A model generated the notes under the pieces. It made no database searches. It worked only from the letters and a program-made list of their open reading frames with translations, and was not told the origin of the DNA. A stretch of 64,000 nt of DNA, taken from the NCBI GenBank assembly GCA_964016885.1, contig OZ024748.1, positions 15,128,001-15,192,000 of the forward strand, read 5' to 3'. How positions within the stretch are numbered: position 1 is the stretch's first letter; each line of letters opens with the position of its first letter. The DNA is from Eledone cirrhosa (lineage: Eukaryota). The translations under genes and the position numbers were made by a program. Of the stretch, positions 51,091-63,687 are shown in pieces.

Positions 51091-52039
51091 AAAAGATCTA
51101 AATTAGTTTAATTAGAATAATAGAACAGCTATTGCCTCACCTGAACCATGTTATGAATCACTGCACCTAAAATGTGATAGCATCATCTGCTAGCTGAAGT
51201 AGTTCATTACTTTGTGTTAATTACAAATAAAGTTTATGTTCCTGCAGTGATTGCTGAACCTTCACAGAGAACTTCCTTTAACTATACAATAGTTACATAA
51301 GCTTGCATATCTACTCACATTTCATATTTGATTCTTTTCCATGTGAACAAATTTGAAATTCTTTCCCCTATTTCACATTTCCGAATCTTTCCAGCAGTTT
51401 CCTGCATTACACCTTAGTTATTTTAATATAGCAGCCTATGATGTTATCTGTCCTTCAAGTTTCCTGTTAACTCAATGTCCTGTACTGCATGAAATTGCAT
51501 TAGCAAGAGATTCTTGAAAAATACAAACCAGCACTTTCACTGTATCATATTAAAATTTGAATTCTTTAATCTAATACTACTGTGGCAAATTGACATAGTT
51601 GTTAGAATGTCAGATAGGGTGCTTTATCGTATTCATTCTGGCTCACTGCTCACTGAATTCAAATCCCACCAAAGTCAACTTTGCCCTTCATCCATTTGAG
51701 GTTGATAAAATAAAGTACAAATCTAGTAAGTTGGTTCATTCTTCCTCTATATCTATTTTTTACTTTCTCTCTCTTACTTTCTATCCTTCTCTTGAAGAAA
51801 TCTGCTGTGCTCAGACCTGGAGACAGATGGGCGGCTCTGCCAGGCTTAAAATGCACAAGAAATGCTGTATGCCACAACAGTGCCCCTACAACTCCATCAG
51901 GAGATATGGGTTCTAACATATACTCTAATATTGCAAAGGTTTATAATGATTTATTCACTAGTAAAGTCACTATAAACATATGAATGACAAGACCCATTTT
52001 TAGACAGTTCTTCTAAATCATGATAAGATATTAAGAGTT

Positions 52040-52460
52040 AATAATTCTAAGTGATGGATTTCTTATATATATTTTTATATCAGAAAATATATATAAGTAG
52101 GTGTCGATTTGATTTAATATCCCTTCCTGCAAATTGTTCACCATGTGCCTAAATTAGAAACCATTATAGTGTAAGTAAGGGTAGTAGATTGGCAGAATCA
52201 AAAGAGTGTTAGACAACATGCTTTGCAACATATAATTATGACCCTTTACATTCTAAGTTCAAATCCTGCCAAGGTTAGCTTTCCCTTTCATCCTTATGGG
52301 GTCGATAAAATAAAATACCAGTAACACACTGGGGTCAATTTAATCGACTTACTCCTCCCCTTTGAATTGCTGGCCTTGTGCCTATAGTAGACAATTATTA
52401 TTATTATTATTTTTTTTTTTTAATGTGATGGAGAATTGGCAGTATCGGCAGAGTGTCAAA
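52040..52460 (+). mobile_element. SINE family 2 cluster (partial + full + head)
   Basis: Same motifs; full copy at ~52178-52395. Confidence 0.8.
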
Positions 52461-53104
52461 TTCAAAAAGCATTATTATCTCGTAGCAGAGATTTTCCAAG
52501 TCAATGATAAAAATATCATTTTCAATTGATTTACCAGACTGCTGGAAGGAACTAAAGTCTATAAACTGATACTTTAGAAACAGAATCACCTTCACTCACA
52601 GCCTTAAACTGTCCACTTCTCTCTCAATTGACTTCAGCAAACTATGTGTAATGTGAAATGGGGGGGGGGGGGACTACTTTAGACATGTTCTTTTATTTTA
52701 TTCTTTTTATTGATTTCAGTCATTAGACTGTGGCCAATCTGGGGTACCACTGTGAAGGGAATTTCAGTCGATGGTATGGACCCCAGTCATTTTTTTCTTT
52801 TCTTACATTTTTAAGTCCGATACTTATTTTATTTACTTCTATTTTCAGAACCCTAAGTTAGGAGACAGTAAATGTAAACACAAACATTAATACAGACACA
52901 CAAGCACAAGCATATATGCAAATACACACATGTATATATTTCTCCTCTCTTTTTATTCTTAAAGGCACCTCCATATCAATTGTCCTACCTTTCCTGCTAC
53001 CTGTGACACTTTTTAGCCTACATTTATGTCAGACATTTTATATATTTATAAATTATATAAAAAATATCTAAATTTACTTCTCTATCTCACTGTAATATGA
53101 TAAT

Positions 53105-53522
53105 GCTACACTCTGTAAACTAGTATTGCTGGTGCAAAGACAAAATGTACCCAGTAACCTATGTAAAATGGTAGCTCTTCTGCCAGGATAAAATTCAACC
53201 AGCCAATTCTGTAAAGTGGTAGTGTTGGTGCAACAATAAAATGCACCCAGAACACAATGTAAACTTCTAGTGCAGCTTCCACAATAAAATGCAACAAGTT
53301 CACTCTGTAAATTGTTAATGCTGGTGCAACAATAAAATGCACCTAGTACACTCTGTAAAATGGTAGTGCTGGTGTCATGGTAAAATGTGTAAAGTGGTTG
53401 GCATTAGGAAAAGCATCTAGCTGTAGAAACTATGGCAAAATGGAGTATATGAACCTGATGTTAATTGCCAATCATCCAATCCATACCAGCATGGAAAAAT
53501 GGACGTAAAAAAGATGATGATG
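53105..53522 (+). mobile_element. Old RTE 3' UTR with about six ~48-bp tandem units
   Basis: CACTCTGTAAA.TGGTAGTGCTGGTGCAACAATAAAATGCACCCAG units, followed by GTGGTTGGCATTAGGAAAAGCATCTAGCTGTAGAAAC and GGACGTAAAA..GATGATGAT. Confidence 0.75.
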
Positions 53523-54640
53523 CAGAAACATATGTAATCAATTATATGTACACTAGACGCATAATATTTACCATCATCATCATTATCATTTAATGTCCAC
53601 TTCCGTTGCTAGCAAGAAACCACAGCTGAATATACTGGCCAGAAACCCAATTTGTAGACACTAATGCAAACATAGTGGACTTTAGAGAGAGAGTAATTTG
53701 TAAATATTATTTATTTCTGAGAAGTGTTTAATTGATGGACTTATTTCTGAAAGTGTCTCTAAATTCAGAGATACGGTGTCCTTGTCTGTATCTAAGGCCA
53801 TTATAATAAACATCTCAACAATACTGAAATACCATTCAGTGAATACAGAATAACAATGATGAGAGAGAGAATGAAATTAGCTTGAGCTGTATCACAGACA
53901 TTATTAGTTCAAGGCCTTTAAAGGGAGGCTTTGTCTCATTCACTGCTACTCGTGACTGTTAATAATCATTGAAGCCATTATCAACCATTTAATGTGAGTC
54001 TAACAATGCTATTTCCCTTAGTAAGATCGACAACTATTGTCGTTACAAATACCCAAAGTACTTTCTCAGTAGGAATAGCAAGACATTTAATAAGCATATA
54101 TCAGAGTATAAAAAAGAAAGTGGTATTCATAGTCATTTATTAACCCTTTCATTAGCATATACTGAATAAAATACACTGTTTTGTACAAACCCCGTAACTC
54201 TAATATACAATGTATCTTGGCCATTTTAAACCTGGTGGAACCCATCCTCTCTCCAGGTTTAAACAGCCGATTTCTTCCAAAGAATGGGAGCTAGTGATAC
54301 AGGGAAAGTGTACAAATGTAGAGGAAGCATCAACCCCCCCAACACTAAACTGGTACATTTCTATTGAGAATGAAAGGTCGTTCAGCAAAGTTGACTTAAC
54401 CAGATTTTGAACTCAGAGTACAGAGAGTTGGAATAAATATTGCAAAGAATTCTATCTGATGTTCTAATGACTCGGCCAATTCTCAGCTTTTGATATATAC
54501 TGTATTTCAATTAATTAATGAAAAATTGGGAGGGATTTATAAATATTTCATCAGAATAGAGGACACTTCAGTTTTGTCAAAGACATGACAATCTCCATTG
54601 TGTTGGTGATCTACATAATAAACACAACCAGTACACTTTT

Positions 54641-54830
54641 GCAGGAGACCCAGAGTCAGACCCCGAGCAAGATGGCTGGATAGCATCCATGAGATTGGTT
54701 GGTCATGCTTGGGGATCTAGCCATATCGGTTAGAGACAGTTGCTTCTGACAGGATATGCTGTAAAGAGTGTTTGAGGACTGCGCCCATGACCCTCTCAAG
54801 ATAGGGGAGGGGGAGAAGAAGAAGAAGAAG
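54641..54830 (+). mobile_element. 3' fragment of a different RTE lineage (Expander/REX3-like)
   Basis: Translates RRPRVRPRARWLDSIHEIGWSCLGI; ends in (GAA)n. Confidence 0.55.
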
Positions 54831-55549
54831 TTGAAGGATTTAATTGAATTAGAAGCCTTTAAAAACGAGTGGTTTTGTTCAATAGAAGCAGAATGATTTT
54901 TGGCAGGGTTGGTACCAAAATGGTTAAGCATTGGCATATATATTCATATCTAAGTTGTACCATTTCCCACAAAAGTATGACACAAAAAGAAAAACACCAT
55001 GAGTAGGTTTAGGATATAAAGCAGTTTAATTATTCCCAGAGGTAATCTACTTCTTATATTACACATGCGTAATTTAAATGTTGGTGTTCTATGATTTAGA
55101 AACAATTTGAAGAAGTAATTATTCCATTATGTCTTCCAGGTAAAGGAAATTAATGAACACTTGTCATTATATCATCCTTTATAAGAATGTTCACATATGT
55201 GTCCTTCTATATATATACTCTCTCTATATATATACTCTCTCCCTCTATATATACACACACATACACACCTACACACAGACATATATATATTTACACACAT
55301 ATACATGTATATATATATATTGCTTAAACTTTAATCTGTTATTTTAATAAATATATATATATATATATGAAAGGCTAGCTGAACACACAAACCAAAACTG
55401 CTTGCCGCTGCAGTTGGGATTTTAAATAAATCTGTACCCACTCTGCATCTCCCCATACATTGAGTACTCCCATGATTAGTGGTCTCCCCAGTCTCAGCAC
55501 CACAGACTCTCACTTTCTCCTCTCTCTCTCTCTTTCTATTCATATATAT

Positions 55550-55690
55550 CGACAGCCGATTGACAAGGTTCCGGACCTCCTTTGCTTAATGAGTGGGGTA
55601 GAGCTAGTCCAATCAGACCAAGGAAACAATATTTCCATTGGTCTTTCCAATTGCTAATACTATCTGTTGGTCGCAAGTCCAGGTAGAACC
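55550..55690 (-). repeat. Second copy of the ~140-bp unknown repeat
   Basis: Homologous to 22124-22262; short (TA)n at both ends. Confidence 0.75.
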
Positions 55691-55969
55691 ATATATATAT
55701 AGTACATGGTCAGCAATGAAAAACAGTAAAAATTAAAATCCAGAGCAATTTTAAAAAGTGGTTTTAGGTAAACACTTGCATGAAATTGAGAAAGAAGTGA
55801 CTGAAATGTATCGGACAATAGTCCTTTATCAGTCATCGGACAAAAAGAGAATGGGAGAGAAGTCAGGAAATGCAGGGAGAGTAGAGATTAGATTAAAGAA
55901 AAGAGAAAACAAAAATGCAAAGGGGTGGGTCATATACATATGTGTGTGTCTGTGTGTGTGTGTTGAGTG

Positions 55970-56260
55970 AAAAGCTGCATTTAAGAGGAATCTGAGGTGT
56001 TGTGCAGGTGTGAAGACTGCATTGGTTTGCACATATAATGAGCAAGGAAAGTGATCATTGGGTGAGGAAGTACCAGGAAATGACAGCGGAAGGAAGCCGC
56101 AGTGAAGGTAGACCAAGAAAGATTAGGGCAGAGATTGTGAGAGCTGACCTCAAATCACAGACTCCCAGAGGTGCTGACAAAGGATCACAATGAGTGGAGA
56201 GATGCCTTGCTGAGAAGGACCTGTCCATAGAAGAGCAGATGAAAAACAATGATGACAATA
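55970..56260 (+). mobile_element. Old RTE 3' fragment
   Basis: KLHLRGI..RLHWFAHIM..WVRK..EGSRSEGRPRK..ADL, then a GATGA-like tail and (TA)n. Confidence 0.75.
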
Positions 56261-56355
56261 TATATATATATGTGAAAGAGTAAGAAAATCAAGGAGGAGT
56301 AGATAATTAATTCATTGTTTTATGCTTCAGAGAGCAAAATTATCGAAGTGAAGAC

Positions 56356-56392
<37 letters not shown>

Positions 56393-56439
56393 TTGTGTAT
56401 GCATGAAATAAAAAAAATAAATACATAAATAAACAGGAC

Positions 56440-56910
56440 AGTACATGGAAGAATTATATATGTTTAATGCTTGAAATAGCAAAAAGAGTGTCTTAACGTT
56501 TGGGACACTAGTCCTTCATCAGAAAATAGAGTTAGAAATAAAACATAAATAGACAGTAAAAAGTGGTAGGAGGAACGAAAGCAGAAAAATGAGTAAAAAA
56601 AATTGGGGATAAAAAAACCACACGTGAATATTCAGTATATACTACTAATGAGATAAAATGCTTTAAAAAAGATTTTGTGTCTGAGTTTTCTATAGAAAAT
56701 AATTCGTACCTATAGTGTTGTAATATATTATGAATATCATATTGTCTTCTTATCAAGTTAGTTAAGTCTACTTTACTTGGATTATTTAGCCCCAAAACAT
56801 TATTATATGAGTTCAAACAGGAAAGTTAAAATATGATACACTCTTATCATATCCAGGGTATTTAGTCTCTCATCATCATAACTGTAAACTTAGCTCAAAA
56901 TAGGTTCCAG
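56440..56910 (-). mobile_element. Probable Penelope-like remnant with decayed hammerhead
   Basis: Minus strand CTGATGA-A-GGAC tagt GTCC-CAAA-CGT-TA at 56490-56527 (GAAA changed to CAAA); extent is uncertain. Confidence 0.4.
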
Positions 56911-56954
56911 ACCATTGAGCTATGTTACATAATGAAACAAATGTTATCTTTGTA

Positions 56955-56988
<34 letters not shown>

Positions 56989-57069
56989 CGTGTGTACATA
57001 TATATATATATATATATACGTGTGTACATATATATATATATATATATGTACATATATATATATATATAT

Positions 57070-58495
57070 ATCATCATCATCATCATCAACGTTTAACGTC
57101 CGTGTTCCACGCTTGCATGGGTTTGGACGGGGGTAGTCCCACTTGAGGCAAGAGTGATTGTCTTGCTCGCATAGGACTGTCTGGCAGGTTTTCTACAGTT
57201 GGATGCCCTTCCTAACACCAACCACATTTACAGTGTGGGTCTGGGAGGTTTTTACCGTGTTGCCTACACGGCCACATTACAGCGTGGACTGTGTGTTTTT
57301 TTGTCATGACACCTACACGATCTCATTTGTTTTGGCCTGGATGTTGTGGCACCAACATAACTTTACATAGGACGGGGTGGTGTGGATGGGTGGGGGTGGT
57401 GGCGGGATGGGGTGTATTTTGTTAGAGATGCCTACTGGCAAGGCGGGTCTTCTCTGTTACTGAGTACCGCCAAAGGTCTCGGTCCAGTGACATTGTCTTG
57501 GAGAGGTGTAAGTGTGTGAGGTCGGAGTTTATCAGCTCGTCCCAGGTTTTTCTAGGTCTGCCTATTCCGTGGCTACCGTCTATCTTTATTGCCCTGCACT
57601 TTGTTATACAGCTATCGACTTTCATGCGCATCACGTGTCCATACCAACGTAGCCTTCTCTCGAGTAAACAACATCTGATCCCTCTTATCTCTAATTTTTT
57701 CCTTAGTTCGTTTATGCTTTGCCGTTCACGTATATTACTGTTACACATCCAGCGGAGCATGCAAGCTTCGTTCCTCTCTAGTCTGCGTATATCCTCTGCA
57801 CACAATGCCCAGGTCTCACTGCCATGCAACATTGCTGTTCGTATGCAGGCATCGTACAACCTGCCTTTCATTTTTAGGGAGAACCCTTTAGCAGCTAATA
57901 GTGGTATAAGCTCTCTGAACTTTTTCCAACCAGTTCTGACTCTAGCTGCAGTACTTTCAGAGCACCCTCCCCCACTGCTGATTTTATCGCCCAGGTAACG
58001 GAAGCTGTCCACTATTTCTATAGAACCCTCTGCGCAATTGAAAGAGCTAGTATTTTGTGGGCACTTGCTGCTACTTATTGCACCAGAACACCGGCCACAT
58101 GTAAAATCTATGTTCTTAGTTAGCTTACCTGTGATCCCACTACATCTTTTATGCACCCATACTTTGCATTTAGGACATAAAATGGAGTTTCTACCTACGC
58201 CTTTCCTACACACCGAGCACGACCATTTCCCAGAAGGGACCGCCGCCTTGTTTTCTTTCCTACAAACTAGAACTTTGGTCTTAGCCAGGTTAATTTTAAG
58301 TCCTTTTGACTCTAGGCCGTGCTTCCATGTTTGGAATTTCTTCTCTAGCTCGGCCATTGATTCCGCTATGAGTGTCAGGTCGTCTGCGTATAGGAGTTCC
58401 CATGGGCAGCCTGTCTTGAACTCCTCTGTTATAGCCTGAAGGGCAATAATAAATAGTAGGGGGCTGAGAACAGAGCCCTGATGGACGCCAACTTT
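57070..58495 (-). mobile_element. RTE-clade LINE, subfamily A, 5'-truncated
   Basis: Open frame KVGVHQG...YADD...TRLASRHL, 3' UTR and (GAT)n tail; near-identical to 11843-13284. Confidence 0.95.
57422..58495 (-). CDS. Truncated RTE RT with PHD-like finger (no native start)
   Basis: Intact frame; the N-terminal YI-rich part of the 622-aa ORF call is microsatellite read-through. Confidence 0.8.
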   Translation of the reverse strand, partial: KVGVHQGSVLSPLLFIIALQAITEEFKTGCPWELLYADDLTLIAESMAELEKKFQTWKHGLESKGLKINLAKTKVLVCRKENKAAVPSGKWSCSVCRKGVGRNSILCPKCKVWVHKRCSGITGKLTKNIDFTCGRCSGAISSSKCPQNTSSFNCAEGSIEIVDSFRYLGDKISSGGGCSESTAARVRTGWKKFRELIPLLAAKGFSLKMKGRLYDACIRTAMLHGSETWALCAEDIRRLERNEACMLRWMCNSNIRERQSINELRKKLEIRGIRCCLLERRLRWYGHVMRMKVDSCITKCRAIKIDGSHGIGRPRKTWDELINSDLTHLHLSKTMSLDRDLWRYSVTEKTRLASRHL

Positions 58496-58509
58496 ATATA
58501 TATATATAC

Positions 58510-58574
<65 letters not shown>

Positions 58575-58575
58575 C

Positions 58576-58643
<68 letters not shown>

Positions 58644-58833
58644 GTACATATATATATACATATATATATATACATATGTACATATATATATATACATATA
58701 TATATATACATATATACATATATATATATACATATGTACATATATATATATACATATATATATATACATATATATATATACATATGTACATATATATATA
58801 TACATATATATATATACATATGTATATATATAC

Positions 58834-58878
<45 letters not shown>

Positions 58879-58879
58879 C

Positions 58880-58932
<53 letters not shown>

Positions 58933-58933
58933 C

Positions 58934-58987
<54 letters not shown>

Positions 58988-59119
58988 GTACATATGTATA
59001 TATATATATATATATATATACATATGTACATAAATATATATATATATACATATGTACATATATATATATACATATATACATATGTGCATATGTACATATA
59101 TATATATACATATGTACAC

Positions 59120-59165
<46 letters not shown>

Positions 59166-59222
59166 GTAGGTAGGTAGGTACATATATATATGTATGTATG
59201 TAGGTACATATATATATATATA
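58496..59222. repeat. ~730-bp compound (TA)n array with TACAT(G/A)TGTACA interruptions
   Basis: Directly abuts the LINE 5' truncation; the same motif occurs at 56965-57070 on the other side. Confidence 0.9.
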
Positions 59223-60110
59223 GGAAATTGGAAGAGAAGAGAGGAAGATGGCTTCACCATTTTTGGAATAGTGGTGTATATGAATAGCATAGTGCAATCT
59301 ATATAATACTGTATGTAATGAACACCATTTGTGAGGAATGATATATCTTTTAGATCAAAGCCATCATATTCAATTTGTTTTTACATCCCTCTAATGAAGC
59401 AGTTTACTCTGCCAGTCATTAGTTTACGATCTGAATCGTTAACTCAACATAATATAGTTTTTTTATTGCATTACAGCTCCACCTCTATTAATTAACAGTC
59501 AACATACATACATACACACATATATATATATATGTGTGTGTGTGTGTATGTGTATATATATATATATATACCAACATATTGCTGGAATAGAAGCCTACTT
59601 TTCCTATCAAGATGCTCTAGTTATTTATTAACTCAAATGTCTTCTTACTAGGGCTACCCAGATGCTATGATGTATGCCATTCTTAATTTAGACATTTTCC
59701 ACCTATATTAAATCTAAATTTATTTAAATTCATAATTTTATTTCATGGCAGTCTTGAAACCATAGTTGGCACCAACATGTTAATCATGTTATCATCTAAG
59801 ACACTATAATATAATTTAGAATAACTTTTTGGGCTGTGAATTTCGAAATATATATTTTTTCTTTTGTTATCTACTTTGCATATATTGGTATGAATGTAGT
59901 ACTCAATGTCTATCTATCTATTATCCATATGCATGTTTGTATATAGACATGTGTGTATATATATATATATATATATGTAGTTATCTTAAACACATTAGGG
60001 TTTCAAACTGTGCATATGGCTTAGATTTTAACTATAATATTTTAATATTTTAGCTCTGTACTTCGCATAGAACACTCTGTTCCCTTTATCGTCTTGACAG
60101 AACCTTTCAG

Positions 60111-60200
<90 letters not shown>

Positions 60201-60851
60201 TAGAGAAAGAGAGAGAGAGAGAGCGATAGAGAAAGAGAGAGAGAGAGAGAGCGATAGAGAGAACGATAGAGAAAGAGAGAGAGACATATATATATATACA
60301 TATACATTCATACATATATACATACATGGCACCTTCTGTTCTCCAAAATTATACTTTTCAGTACAGTACTGTACAATTCAATGAATCCTCCCTAAATATA
60401 ACACATTCTTGTCTTATGTATTTCTTCTTTTAAGTTCTGCCATCATCAATTTTCTTAATGTTTTCTTCCAATTTCAAAATTGTCTCTTCTAGCTTCCAAT
60501 TTACTTTACCCCCAATTAAATTAGAATGACATTAGAATGTGATAGGGAAATCACTGATGTGAGGAAAATGACAAACTGATGGAATATCTTGGCAAGAAAC
60601 GTTAAGCAATTAAAGTATTTCTAATTAATACCACACTGTTTATTCCTTAGTAACATTAATTAGTTAAGATTTTTCCTCCTCCCCTTAGCACTATAGCACT
60701 ATAATAGTCAAAAATATATTCTAGAAGTAGTCAGTCGTTTGTCTACTCTGATATGAGAACTGTTGAAATGTCATAAAACGTGTTGAAACTTGTAGAAGAT
60801 CATGCCACCTAGCTTTGGACTTTGGAGGCAGTCGATTAACTGCCCTTAGTT

Positions 60852-60861
60852 CTGACGTCAG
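60852..60861. promoter_or_regulatory. Perfect CRE palindrome in a locally CpG-retaining segment
   Basis: CTGACGTCAG; tandem CCAAT at ~60995-61004; no transcript evidence. Confidence 0.25.
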
Positions 60862-61539
60862 TAGCTGAATACAGACTCTTTTCAACTTTGTGTGTTGATG
60901 CGAGCAGACGCATTTGACTGTAGCAAAACAGCGATATTGCAACATGCGATCACGGGATATTTGAACACTGCCACGAAATGATAATTACGAATTACCAATC
61001 CAATAGCAACTGATATGATAACTTGTTTTGTTTATTGCTCTGATTAAAATGTTCAAGTACATATAATCTCGAGGTATATTATTTTTGCTTAATTGTTTAC
61101 CTAAACCTAACAACGAATAGAAGAGATGTTCTAGCAGCCAAGCTAGGGAAACAAACTCCCCTCTAAATGGTAAAACAATGCAGCCTTCCAAAATTGGTGA
61201 CCATCTCTCCTAAAAACTCATTAAAAATTGATGGAGCATTCATAATTTTTAATGAAAATGTTTATTCAGACATAATACATATTTTCTGTGAAATTAAAAG
61301 AAAAAAGTAAAATGAATAACATTTGTCCCATATTTTTTATAAGTAAAAATTTTAATCAATTAAAATAATTTCCATGTAGTAAATTGACTCACAAAGCATT
61401 GAATTTGGATTAAATATTGTAGTCTGTGTTAAGTTTGTTTATCATATTTAAATTATGTATAATGTAAAGAAGGACAAAGAAATGTTCAATTATAAATATA
61501 TATATAATCTGGTAGAAACTCACGTCCTTTGTGAAATCA

Positions 61540-61960
61540 TCATCATTTAACATGTTTTCCCTGCTAGCAAGGATTGGGCAGATCTACAGAGACGAAGTCA
61601 GTACTGGAGCGGGGCTACTGACCTCACAGACAGGTCGAGGGCTCTGCATCCTGCTTACATATGGTCATACATTCTCTTGAGTGCAGAGGAGAAGTTGTCA
61701 TGTCTTTTGAAACAAAGTGAATGGTTCTCCCAAGCCCTTGTTTAGCAAGTTTTCTATGGCTAGATGCCCTTCCTAACACCAATCACTTTATAGCATGTAC
61801 TGGATGCTTTTTGGTGTAGATCAGCATAACTAGAGAGGTTGTCATGCTCTTGGTACAACTAAAGGATCCTCTTAACCCTTTATTAGGCAAGCTTCCTATG
61901 GCTGATACCCTTCCTATCGCCAACCACTTTACAACATGCACAGGGTGCATTTATCACATA
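61540..61960 (-). mobile_element. Old RTE-type 3' UTR with internal duplication
   Basis: CATCATCATTTAAC..., then two copies of GCAAG.TT.CTATGGCT..GAT.CCCTTCCTA..CCAA.CACTTTA. Confidence 0.6.
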
Positions 61961-62139
61961 CATGTTGCTTCACAATTCCAATGGTAAATATGTTACTCAA
62001 GAGGATGGTGAAAAAGAAGTACTGAAAGATCAATTCCAGATGATAGAGTAGTGGTTTGTTATTATGGCTAGTTAGTGATTATAGTGCCCAAATGCCATGG
62101 AGTGAAGACTCAACCTGAATCCTGTGATTTCGAAAGAGA

Positions 62140-62425
62140 GCCACACAGCCATTGCCTGCACTCCATCATCATCATCATAATTTTACATCTGTTTTTCCAT
62201 GCCTGATACTGTGCTTTTCCAAAGAGAGCCTCTAAGCCACATAGCCATTGCCTGCACTCCATCATCATCATAATCATAATTTAACATCTGTTTTTCCATG
62301 CCTGTATGGGTTGGATGGGTCTTCTATAACACCATTTCCCTTCACTTTTGCATTCTTTCATTATCTCTCTTGTGAGGTTCATTATATTGAGATCAGCTCT
62401 CACCATTTCTGCCCAGGTTTTCCTT
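62140..62425 (-). mobile_element. Old RTE 3' end with ~65-bp local duplication of the tail/flank junction
   Basis: GCCAC.CAGCCATTGCCTGCACTCCATCATCATC..ACATCTGTTTTTCCATGCCTG occurs twice; the minus strand upstream encodes RKTWAEMVRADL. Confidence 0.65.
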
Positions 62426-63687
62426 AAGTCTTCTTCTCTAAAATCTAATTATCTAAAATCAATTGTATGTTCTACTTTTCAAACCATTATTTTGTCCTCA
62501 ATAACTGACCTAAATAAGTAAACAGAATATTTCTTTATGTCTTTCTCTACTTTGTAATTTATTTTTTCTTTTCTCTTCTTGATTTATTTTGCTGATTGCG
62601 TATCAAATTTGCATGTGTTTTTATTGTAAAAAAAACATTAGTATTTCCATGTTTAAACACATACTTATCATCTAAGGGATCATGACTAAAATATATATAT
62701 AATATATACATATATATATATATATGTACTTTTCTAGCTAAATTGTTTAGAATTGTCTAATTTAAGTCATTAACTAGTTGCTTCTCTCAATTAGAAAGAA
62801 TAAAAAACTATTATCAAAGTGCAATGATTTAGAGAATTTATTTTCAGAAAAATGCAACTAGGAAGTAGTCATTTAATGCATGTGCGTGTGCGTGTGTGTG
62901 TGTGCGCACTGTGTTTAAGTGACCAGTAAATTGAATATGGGGCATGTTTTTGTAATCATAGAATATTTCAAGTCTTTCATGCAGTGAAAAGATCCATCAC
63001 TGTCACTAACACCATTATCACTCCTCCCTTCACACCACCACTCACCATCACCACGAACATCACCAGCACCATTCTCTAACAACTCCACCAATTTGTCACC
63101 AAATAAGATGTTATAGATATGAACTAAAATTCAATGTTACAACTGCAAGATGTAATATTTTCACTTAATCAATATAGTTAAGGACTCTTGTAAAAGCATC
63201 AGCTCCCTCCATTTTGTTGGAATTTTGACCCTTTTGTTATCATATTTCTAATGAATGATGCTGCCTATGATTCTCAAATTTTCAATTAATTCTGAAAATA
63301 ATCAAGAATTTGGAAGGATTTAGTAACACAACTTTCTCATTATTAACCTAGTTTCGAAACATAATTTAACCCTTTCAATATCATATTTCAAATGAATGAC
63401 ACTATGGTTTTCAATTAATTCTGAAAAAAAAATCAAGAATTCAGAAGAGTGTAGTAAAATAACTAGCTTTCTCATCATTAAGCTGGTGTTTGGAACATAA
63501 CCCTTTCAATGCCATATCCCTAATGAATGACATTAATTAAGATTTTCAATTTTGAAAATCATCAAAAATTTGGAAGGATTTAGCAATATAACTAAATTAT
63601 GATGGAAGGTTTTAGAATAAATATAAACACTTGAAACCAAGAAGCTTTCTATATCTTTATTGGTTCTGAATTTCTTGAAATGTGACT

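Noticed and set aside
58429-59297. Several 170-270 aa Y/I-rich ORFs and the N-terminus of the 622-aa ORF
   Set aside because: Translation of (TA)n/(CA)n microsatellite. The same applies to the many [12 protein letters not shown] and THTH ORFs across the window.
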